NCBI GenBank assembly: GCA_037137755.1
Contig: JBAXJR010000025.1
Coordinates: forward strand, 1 to 36,512
Source: Methanomicrobiales archaeon
Lineage (GTDB): Archaea; Halobacteriota; Methanomicrobia; Methanomicrobiales; Methanospirillaceae
Length of the DNA stretch: 36,512 nucleotides
Reading direction: 5' to 3'
This document shows, in pieces, positions 29,180-36,512 of the stretch. Under the pieces are notes generated by a model. It was not told the DNA's origin. It worked only from the letters and a program-made list of their open reading frames with translations, and searched no databases. The translations under genes and the position numbers were made by a program. Every line of letters begins with the position of its first letter. The stretch's first letter is position 1.

Positions 29180-29944
29180 ATGACAGAATTTAAAGAAATA
29201 ATCCGGGTAGACCACTTAAATCTCTGGTACGGGGATTCGATTGCCCTCCGGGATATCACAATGGGCATGCCGGACCGCCAGGTAACAGCCCTGATCGGAC
29301 CTTCAGGCTGTGGAAAATCCACCCTGATCAGGTGTTTAAACCGAATGAACGACCTCGTGGAAATCTGCCGGATCCAGGGTGCGGTGAATTTCCATTCCAA
29401 GAACATCTATGCCAGCGATGTCGACCCGGTCGAGATCAGGCGGAAGATCGGCATGGTGTTCCAGCGGCCAAACCCTTTCCCGAAGTCGATTTATGAAAAT
29501 GTCTCCTATGGTCCACGTGTCCATGGCGTTAAGGACAGGAAGGAGCTTGATGAGGTTGTTGAGAAAAGTCTTCGAAGTGCCGCGTTGTGGGACGAAGTAA
29601 AAGACCGGCTCCACGATTCGGCAATGGGCCTTTCAGGTGGACAGCAGCAGCGGCTCTGCATTGCCCGCACCCTTGCGGTAGAACCGGAAGTCATCCTGAT
29701 GGACGAACCCTGTTCCGCACTCGACCCGATTGCAACGGCAAAGATTGAAAGCCTTATTGAAGAGTTAAAGACCGAGTATTGTGTCGTAATCGTCACCCAC
29801 AACATGCAGCAGGCGTCGCGTGTAAGCGATTACACAGGATTTATGTACATGGGTGAACTGGCTGAATTCGGGACAACCAGACAGATATTCGAGAACCCGC
29901 ATGAAACGCTCACAGAAAATTACATTACCGGAAGATTTGGATAG
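29180..29944 (+). CDS. pstB: Phosphate ABC transporter ATP-binding protein
   Basis: [32 protein letters not shown] and ENYITGRFG; GGTGA RBS before ATG 29180. Confidence 0.97.
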   Translation: MTEFKEIIRVDHLNLWYGDSIALRDITMGMPDRQVTALIGPSGCGKSTLIRCLNRMNDLVEICRIQGAVNFHSKNIYASDVDPVEIRRKIGMVFQRPNPFPKSIYENVSYGPRVHGVKDRKELDEVVEKSLRSAALWDEVKDRLHDSAMGLSGGQQQRLCIARTLAVEPEVILMDEPCSALDPIATAKIESLIEELKTEYCVVIVTHNMQQASRVSDYTGFMYMGELAEFGTTRQIFENPHETLTENYITGRFG

Positions 29945-30603
29945 TGATTCTGGTGTCAGATAAATTCCACGATGAAATTTCAGCCCTTCGCCAGGACGTT
30001 GTCATAATGGCCCGCTTCGGAAGGGATATGCTTAACGATTCGATGACCGCCCTGCAACTACAGGACGTGGAGATGGCGAACGAGGTAAAATCCAGGAAAA
30101 CATCCCTTTCAGAGCAGCATGATTCCCTTGAAGATCGGGTCTTCACGATGATTGCACTCTACCAGCCGGTTGCAAGGGACCTCCGGACGCTGGTATGTTC
30201 GCTCATGATCGTCCAGGCAAGCGAACGGATCGGGCGTTACGGGAAAGATATTGCAAATGCAACAAGACACCTTTCAGACACAGAATCTACGGGTAATTTC
30301 ATCAGCATCCCCCATATGGGAGAGCTGGTCATAGAGATGATCGATGATGCCATTCTTGCTTATGAACAGGAAGATCTCACAAAAATAGAAGATATGTCAA
30401 AACGGGACGATGTGGTCGATTCACTCAGGACCTCGATATTTCGTGAATGTTTGACATACATGATGGAAGACCCGCGTACCATCACCCGGTGCACGCACTA
30501 CGTCATGATCTCCCGCTTCCTTGAACGGAGCGGGGACCATGCATGTAAGATGGCGGAAAAAATCAATTACATGGTCACCGGTGAACGGATCGAGATAAAA
30601 TAG
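29944..30603 (+). CDS. phoU: Phosphate transport accessory protein PhoU
   Basis: IALYQPVARDLR, ERIGRY, RDDVVD and LERSGDHA. Confidence 0.95.
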   Translation: MILVSDKFHDEISALRQDVVIMARFGRDMLNDSMTALQLQDVEMANEVKSRKTSLSEQHDSLEDRVFTMIALYQPVARDLRTLVCSLMIVQASERIGRYGKDIANATRHLSDTESTGNFISIPHMGELVIEMIDDAILAYEQEDLTKIEDMSKRDDVVDSLRTSIFRECLTYMMEDPRTITRCTHYVMISRFLERSGDHACKMAEKINYMVTGERIEIK

Positions 30604-30630
30604 CCCCTGAAAAGAAAAAATGGAAAAACT

Positions 30631-31059
30631 ATGAAGGCCACAGGACCCGGTAAAAAAAGCATTTTGTTTCTTTGTAGTTATAACTCCGTACGATCGCAAA
30701 TCGCCGAGGGTCTCATGCGACATGAATTTGGTACCCGGTACGACATCTACAGTGCTGGTGTTGCAAGTGGCGGGGTAAGTCCTCATGCCGTCGCGGTTAT
30801 GAAGGAGATCGGGATTGACATATCCAGCCAGCGTTCAAAATCCATCAATGAATTCAAGGGACGGACCTTCGACGTGGTAGTTACCCTGTGCGACCATGGA
30901 AAAGAGGCCTGCATCTCCTACCTTCCAAAAGGAGACCTGGTCCTTCATCATAATTTTCCCGCTCCGGAAGAGGTAGGTGTCCCGGAAGAGGAGATCGTGA
31001 AACAATTCAGGGACCTGCGGGACCAGATTAAAACATGGCTGATACACAAGTTCGGATAG
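30631..31059 (+). CDS. arsC: Thioredoxin-type arsenate reductase / LMW phosphatase family
   Basis: LFLCSYNSVRSQIAEG P-loop and VVTLCDHGKEAC redox Cys pair. Confidence 0.85.
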   Translation: MKATGPGKKSILFLCSYNSVRSQIAEGLMRHEFGTRYDIYSAGVASGGVSPHAVAVMKEIGIDISSQRSKSINEFKGRTFDVVVTLCDHGKEACISYLPKGDLVLHHNFPAPEEVGVPEEEIVKQFRDLRDQIKTWLIHKFG

Positions 31060-31230
31060 CCAGGATACTCTACTCTTTTTTTCGGTTCTTAAAGAATTTT
31101 TTTGAGAAAGGATTGAAAAAACGGATCCCAACGTGGTTTCCTTGTCTTTTCCATTCACGATAGAACCCCGTAAGGATATGGTTATCCCTGGTCCAGGAGT
31201 TACCAGCCACGGTAATTTTTAAGGTTTTTA

Positions 31231-31280
31231 CTATAGAGACAATAGAGACACCTATATTCTTTAGTGAATAAGCCTATATC
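31231..31280 (+). promoter_or_regulatory. Candidate Pho box plus TATA-like element without an adjacent gene
   Basis: CTATAGAGA-N11-CCTATATTCT, the same arms and spacing as at 27078; TATATC at 31275. Confidence 0.62.
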
Positions 31281-31609
31281 CTATTGAACCAAGAGATTAT
31301 CTGTGGAGTACCTGGCTCATAATGGTCATAGTACCCCGGTAGGACACATGGACTCTCCATCCATGGGACAGAACATCCAGCTTATAGTCCTTGAAGGGAA
31401 TTAAAAATCCAGGTACTCCTTTTCGTGCATCTGTCTTGTAAATCACACGGATTCCTGATTCTGCAGGTATTTTAGATTGCTGATCCCCTTCTTTACAACC
31501 ATTCATGCGTATCCTGTTTCTAAATGTCATAATTTAAGCATATATCCAGTTTATATCAGATTTTCAGGGTTTCTATATTCCGGCGGAGTGTCAATCAGAT
31601 GAAAATTAA

Positions 31610-31660
31610 CTATAGAGTTACTATAGGTGAATATATTTTCTGTCGAGAATTAGTATATAT
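31610..31660 (+). promoter_or_regulatory. Candidate Pho box plus TATA of pstS
   Basis: CTATAG-AGTTACTATAGGTGAA-TATATT at 31610-31637; TATATAT at 31654. Confidence 0.7.
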
Positions 31661-31687
31661 CAAGGGGTCAATTGTTATGAGACCAAT

Positions 31688-32656
31688 ATGGTAAACAATC
31701 TTAAGAAATTTGGAATTGCAGGACTCGTCATTGTAGGACTGCTCATGCTTATGGTCTTTTCAACCGGTTGTGTCAACAACTCTGGTGCAAAGGCTCCGGC
31801 TACTGCTGTACCGACCGCCACTACGACCCAGGTCTCAACACCGATTGCAACACAGGCAACCACAACCGTAGCGAGCACACCTCAGGCCACACAGGCCGCT
31901 GCCGGAAGCAAGACCATGAAGGTATCAGGTTCTACTACGGTCCTCCCAATCGCCCAGAATGCAGCAGATGCATTCATGACAGCCAACGCGGGTACCAATA
32001 TCCAGGTATCCGGCGGTGGATCAGGTGTTGGTGTCCAGCAGATCGGAGACAAACTTGTCGATATCGGGATGTCTTCAAGAGACGTTACCAAGGATGAATT
32101 AGCGAAATACCCGTCCTTCGTCATCACCCCGGTTGCTCTTGACGGAATTGCAGTCATCGTAAACCCCAACAATAACCCGGTCAATTCCCTGACGCTTGCC
32201 CAGATCCGCGATATCTACAATGGGACTGTTACCAACTGGAAAGATGTTGGCGGCAAGGACATGGCAATTGTCGTAATCGGGCGTGACAGTGCATCAGGTA
32301 CCCGTACATTCTTCACCGACACTGTAATGAACAAGCAGAATTACGTGAAGACCCAGCTCGAGAAGAATTCAAACGGTGCAATCCAGCAGAGCATTGCGCA
32401 GACTCCCGGCGCCATCGGCTATGTAGGACTCGGGTTCATCGACCCGACCGTGAAAGCATTAAAGATCAATGTCAATGGTACACTCGTTGAGCCATCAGTA
32501 AAGACGGTCCTCGACAAGAGCTACCCAATCTCGAGGTCACTACTGATGATTACCAACGGTCAGCCATCAGGCCTTGTAAAAGACTATATAAACTACATCC
32601 TGAGCCCTGAAGGCCAGAAACTGGTTACAAAAGAAGGCTTTGTGCCTTTACCCTGA
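31688..32656 (+). CDS. pstS: Phosphate ABC substrate-binding lipoprotein
   Basis: Lipobox STGC, Thr/Ala/Pro linker, SGSTTVLP, GGGSG, MSSR, RDSASGT and YPISR. Confidence 0.96.
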   Translation: MVNNLKKFGIAGLVIVGLLMLMVFSTGCVNNSGAKAPATAVPTATTTQVSTPIATQATTTVASTPQATQAAAGSKTMKVSGSTTVLPIAQNAADAFMTANAGTNIQVSGGGSGVGVQQIGDKLVDIGMSSRDVTKDELAKYPSFVITPVALDGIAVIVNPNNNPVNSLTLAQIRDIYNGTVTNWKDVGGKDMAIVVIGRDSASGTRTFFTDTVMNKQNYVKTQLEKNSNGAIQQSIAQTPGAIGYVGLGFIDPTVKALKINVNGTLVEPSVKTVLDKSYPISRSLLMITNGQPSGLVKDYINYILSPEGQKLVTKEGFVPLP

Positions 32657-32824
32657 ACTCTTTTTTTACCCGTTTAGTTCAGATCGATAACCGGGAATGT
32701 TCTGAAAACCAGATCTTTACACCATGGTACAGAAGAGGGTTCAAACTCTTTATGGTACATGATATGAAAATCCGACCCCAAAAACAGCTCTCTAACAATT
32801 CTCCAAATAGTTCCCCGAGGAAGA

Positions 32825-34489
32825 ATGCAGATCAGCAAACCCCCCGCATTGCAGGCATCAAGGGTTGTTGCATTTATCGACATCGGGACAAATTCGATCA
32901 GGCTTTTTGTAGTCCGGATTAAACCGGATTGTTCGTATTCCGTGATGTCGAGCCAGAAGGAAGTTGTACGGCTCGGTGAAGGGGAATTTGAAAAAAATCT
33001 TATCAGCCATGATGCAATGAACCGGGCCATCATGGTCGCGGGAAGATTTGTGGAACTTGCCCGCTCTTTTGGTGCCGAGGAATTTGTAGCAGTAGCAACC
33101 TCTGCAACTCGTGAAGCGAAAAACAAGCATACATTCCTGTCCCGTCTCCGCCTCGAATCGCACCTTGATGTCCAGGTAATATCGGGAAGGGAGGAAGCCC
33201 GCCTTATCTATCTCGGTGTAACGTCAGCCCTTCACATGGAAGATCGTCATGTGATGATCATCGATATCGGCGGCGGCAGCACAGAGATTGCGATTGGGGG
33301 ACAGAAAGTCTATTCCTTCCTATCGAGCCTTAAACTTGGATCTATTCGTCTCACGAACCAATTCTTCCCTGAACGATATGAAAAGCCGGTGACGAAAGAA
33401 CAATATGAAACTATCAGGAATTATGTCAGGGAACAGCTTAAACCCGTGCTCGGGCAGATAAAACGCCATCCTGCAGACATGTTCATTGGAAGTTCAGGCA
33501 CTATCATCAACCTGTGTGATATCGCCGCCGGGTTGTTTCACCCGGAGGAGGGAAAAAGGACAACTCTGTATGCAACAGACCTGAAAAAAACAGTTTCGTA
33601 TCTCTGTTCCTTATCTCTCCCGGAACGGCGTAAAGTCCAGGGAATTAACTCTGAAAGGGCGGATATTATTGTTGCAGGGGCAGCTATTATCGATACCCTG
33701 ATGCAGGAAATCGGGATAAAAAGCCTTGAAGTGACCCAACGCGGACTCCAGGACGGACTTCTGGCGGATTATCTCTCCCGGATGGACGGTTACCCCCTGC
33801 TTGGGAACCTTTCAGTAAGGGAACGGAGTGTCCTCCAGACGGGGAGAAGTTTCGGGATCAACGAATTCCATGCGAGGACGGTATCAAAACTGGCCCTCGA
33901 TCTCTTTGATTCGGCCAAGAAAGAACAACTCCACAACCTCGGGGATTTAGAAAGGGAGCTTCTTGAATTTGCTGCATTTCTCCACGATATCGGTTCTCTC
34001 ATCTCATTTCAAAACCATCACGAACATTCGTACTATATTATCCGGAACAGTAATCTCCTTGGCTTTAATTCCCGTGAAATTAATATTATGGCGAATATTG
34101 CCCGTTTTCACCGTAAGAAACTTCCAAGGCAGAGAGATTCAACAATTCCCGAACTGAGCAGGGAGGACAGGACTATTATGAGGAAACTTGCGGCATTTCT
34201 CCGCCTTGCCGAGAGCCTGGACAGGAGGCATACCGCATTGATCGAAGGGGTCCGTTTTACTGCAATAACAAAAGAATCTGCAGCTCTCATGGTAGTTGCA
34301 CGGGGTGACTGCCAGTTCGAATCGTGGGGTGTGAAATTTGAGTCAAAACATTTCGAACGGGTATTCGGGCGAAAACTGAACGATACTATTCAGATCTCGG
34401 AAGTTCCCGGAGATGGAGATGCCCTGTTAAGAAAAACGAACAATTCCAAGGTGGAAACAGTGGCGTATACGGAACCCGGAAAAGGATAA
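32825..34489 (+). CDS. ppx: Ppx/GppA exopolyphosphatase with HD domain
   Basis: IDIGTNSIRL, ATSATREA, EEARL, DIGGGSTE, LHDIG and LRLAESLD. Confidence 0.95.
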   Translation: MQISKPPALQASRVVAFIDIGTNSIRLFVVRIKPDCSYSVMSSQKEVVRLGEGEFEKNLISHDAMNRAIMVAGRFVELARSFGAEEFVAVATSATREAKNKHTFLSRLRLESHLDVQVISGREEARLIYLGVTSALHMEDRHVMIIDIGGGSTEIAIGGQKVYSFLSSLKLGSIRLTNQFFPERYEKPVTKEQYETIRNYVREQLKPVLGQIKRHPADMFIGSSGTIINLCDIAAGLFHPEEGKRTTLYATDLKKTVSYLCSLSLPERRKVQGINSERADIIVAGAAIIDTLMQEIGIKSLEVTQRGLQDGLLADYLSRMDGYPLLGNLSVRERSVLQTGRSFGINEFHARTVSKLALDLFDSAKKEQLHNLGDLERELLEFAAFLHDIGSLISFQNHHEHSYYIIRNSNLLGFNSREINIMANIARFHRKKLPRQRDSTIPELSREDRTIMRKLAAFLRLAESLDRRHTALIEGVRFTAITKESAALMVVARGDCQFESWGVKFESKHFERVFGRKLNDTIQISEVPGDGDALLRKTNNSKVETVAYTEPGKG

Positions 34490-34666
34490 GGCCCAAAGAA
34501 AGGCTTATTATTGGCGGAATAGGGGTAAAATCGCTGTAAATAGCAGTATTCGGTACCATAGGAGAAAGGGGGCTAATGCGGGCGATTTAGATGAACGGAG
34601 GCGGGGAAAGTCGGGTAGGGAGGGGTAATAATACCCCTAATTGAGAGAGATTTTTGATAATACTGG
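34430..34666 (+). repeat. 5'-truncated direct repeat of the basic ORF, plus palindrome
   Basis: 34441-34595 versus 10858-11012 aligns without gaps at 136/155 identity; followed by GGGGTA-ATAA-TACCCC; overlaps the last codons of ppx. Confidence 0.93.
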
Positions 34667-34765
34667 CATATTTTAATTTTTTTTATCAGGGAGATGAGTT
34701 AAGATTGGCATCTCCTGGATCTCAATGTCGAAAGGTATGTGTTCATAGACAGACAAGGGTGTGTA

Positions 34766-36512
34766 ATGCCCGATACACTCCGGGTCCTCTATGTTGATGA
34801 TGAACCCGATCTCCTGGAGATCGGCAAGCTGTTCTTAGAGGAATCAGGTCGTTTCAGCGTTGACATCATTACTTCTGCATCCGCTGCGCTTACTCTCCTG
34901 AATGCTACGAAATACGATGCCATCATCTCTGATTACCAGATGCCCGGCATGGACGGCATCGGATTTTTAAAGAGCGTGAGGGCTTCGGGCAATGCCATCC
35001 CTTTTATCCTGTTCACGGGACGGGGGCGTGAGGAGATTGTTATCCAGGCCCTAAACGAAGGAGCGAATTTTTATCTCCAGAAAGGTGGCGAGCCAGAAGC
35101 CCAGTTTGCCGAACTGGTCCACAAGATCCAGATCTCGGTCGAACATCACCGTGCCGCAGAAAAAATACAGGCACTGAACAGGTTATATTCAGTACTTTCT
35201 GCAACCAATAAGGCCATCCTTCGCATTCAGACCAAGGATGAGTTTTTTTTGGAAATTTGCAGGATTCTCGTCGAAACCGGGGGGTTCCGAATGGCCTGGA
35301 TAGGGCTTGCCGAACCGGATCAAAAAATCATCCGACCGGTTGCATCTGCCGGGCACGTCGATGGATATCTTGATACTATCAATATCTCTACCGAAGATAT
35401 CCCCGAGGGGCGGGGGCCGACCGGCACAGCATTCCGGGAAGGCAAGTACTTCTGGTCCAACGATATTACACTGGATCCACGCATGGAACCATGGAGGAAA
35501 AACGCCCTGAAACGTGGTTACCTCGCAAATGCAGCATTCTCTTTTGCCCTTGGAACTAAAAATGCCGGGGTGTTGTCCCTTTATGCCCCGGTTACCGGAT
35601 TTTTTGATGCCCCGATCATCGATCTTCTTGAAGAGTTAGCCGTTGATATCTCTTTTTACCTCGGGGCAATAGACGAACAGGCGAAACGGAAATCTGCAGA
35701 AGAAGGACTCCAGCAGGAACAATTGTTCTCGAAATCGGTGTTAGACAGCCTGCCCGGCATCTTTTATCTTTACACCTACCCGGACTGCCGGTTAGTACTC
35801 TGGAACAAACAACATGAGGTACTCCTGGGTTATGAGACCGGAGAGATGAAAGGACATCACGTTACGGATTGGCATGCGCCGGAATCCAAAGAATCGGTAA
35901 TGAACGCCATGGAAACTGTGATGAAAACAGGGCAGGGTTCGATGGATGCGCTCCTGTTGACAAAAGACGGTCACAAGGTGCCCTTTTTCCTCACAGGGGT
36001 CAGATTTGAGGCAAACGGGGAGCTCTATGTAATGGGGATCGGCATAGACGTCACCGAGCGGAAACAGGTGGAAGAGGACCTTCGGGCAAGCGAAGAAGCG
36101 CTCTCTGCCATGCTGAACGGGATTGGTGAATCAGCGTTCCTTATGACCCCGGAAGGGACCGTCCTTGCTGCAAATGAAACCGTTGCAAAACGCCTCGGAA
36201 TGAAGAAGGTGGATGACCTGGTTGGTCAGAATGCATTAAAGCTTCTTCCGGAAGACGTCCAAATGAGCCGGCAGATTAAGATAAAGGAAGTAATTCAGTC
36301 CGGTAAACCGGCACATTTTGAGGATGTCCGGCAGGGCAGGGTTATTTCCCAGACGATTTATCCTGTAAAAGACCCGGATGGTATTGTCCGCCGGCTTGCA
36401 ATTTTCGGTGCTGACGTAACCGATCGGAAACTGACTGAAGATGCCTTACATGAAACAGAAGCAAGGTTGAGGTTGGCACTCCGTTCTGCAAAGTCAGGGA
36501 CATGGGACTGGG
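34766..36512 (+). CDS. Receiver-GAF-multi-PAS signalling protein, probably a hybrid kinase; runs off the window
   Basis: MPDTLRVLYVDDEPDLL...SDYQMPGMDG...FTGRGREE...YLQKGG, then GAF (ICRILVETGGFRMAWIG) and PAS repeats; missing from the ORF track because it has no stop in the window. Confidence 0.92.
   Translation, partial: MPDTLRVLYVDDEPDLLEIGKLFLEESGRFSVDIITSASAALTLLNATKYDAIISDYQMPGMDGIGFLKSVRASGNAIPFILFTGRGREEIVIQALNEGANFYLQKGGEPEAQFAELVHKIQISVEHHRAAEKIQALNRLYSVLSATNKAILRIQTKDEFFLEICRILVETGGFRMAWIGLAEPDQKIIRPVASAGHVDGYLDTINISTEDIPEGRGPTGTAFREGKYFWSNDITLDPRMEPWRKNALKRGYLANAAFSFALGTKNAGVLSLYAPVTGFFDAPIIDLLEELAVDISFYLGAIDEQAKRKSAEEGLQQEQLFSKSVLDSLPGIFYLYTYPDCRLVLWNKQHEVLLGYETGEMKGHHVTDWHAPESKESVMNAMETVMKTGQGSMDALLLTKDGHKVPFFLTGVRFEANGELYVMGIGIDVTERKQVEEDLRASEEALSAMLNGIGESAFLMTPEGTVLAANETVAKRLGMKKVDDLVGQNALKLLPEDVQMSRQIKIKEVIQSGKPAHFEDVRQGRVISQTIYPVKDPDGIVRRLAIFGADVTDRKLTEDALHETEARLRLALRSAKSGTWDW

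Noticed and set aside
32721-32760. GGGTTCAAACTC as a tRNA T-arm relic or att site
   Set aside because: The stem is mostly G-T pairs and does not match the tRNA-Glu 3' end.
1-36512. CRISPR array or IS element
   Set aside because: No regularly spaced repeats, transposase ORF or terminal inverted repeats were seen.

Overview
Archaeal chromosomal window, most likely from a Methanomicrobiales methanogen (Methanospirillum/Methanoregula-like), inferred from the S-layer-type protein, MTH865, the expanded RHDIxNQL histidine-kinase family and the Orc1 subtype. It starts in tRNA-Glu, followed by thiM-thiE, small hypothetical genes, a surface protein, a SAM methyltransferase, a Cys-rich PAS protein, a sensor kinase and an orc1/cdc6 gene divergent from a small basic ORF. 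A ~23.4 kb phosphate block follows: AbrB-PhoU regulator, TPR/roadblock operon, HNH-flavodoxin-PHP operon, ArsR/MTH865, an atypical CDF, a His-less CHASE4 kinase divergent from a second PstS, pstCA fusion-pstB-phoU-arsC, pstS and ppx. The window ends in a partial REC-GAF-PAS protein. Three features are not explained by the gene list. (1) A fixed-spacing motif, CTATAG-N16-TATATT, recurs in intergenic DNA of the phosphate block, a candidate archaeal Pho box that would add uncharacterised genes to the regulon. (2) Relics of both outer ends of the cdc6/basic-ORF cassette occur as direct repeats bracketing cargo, including the whole phosphate block. (3) The CDF and the CHASE4 kinase have lost their canonical functional residues. 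All alignments and counts were done by eye; no database search was run.
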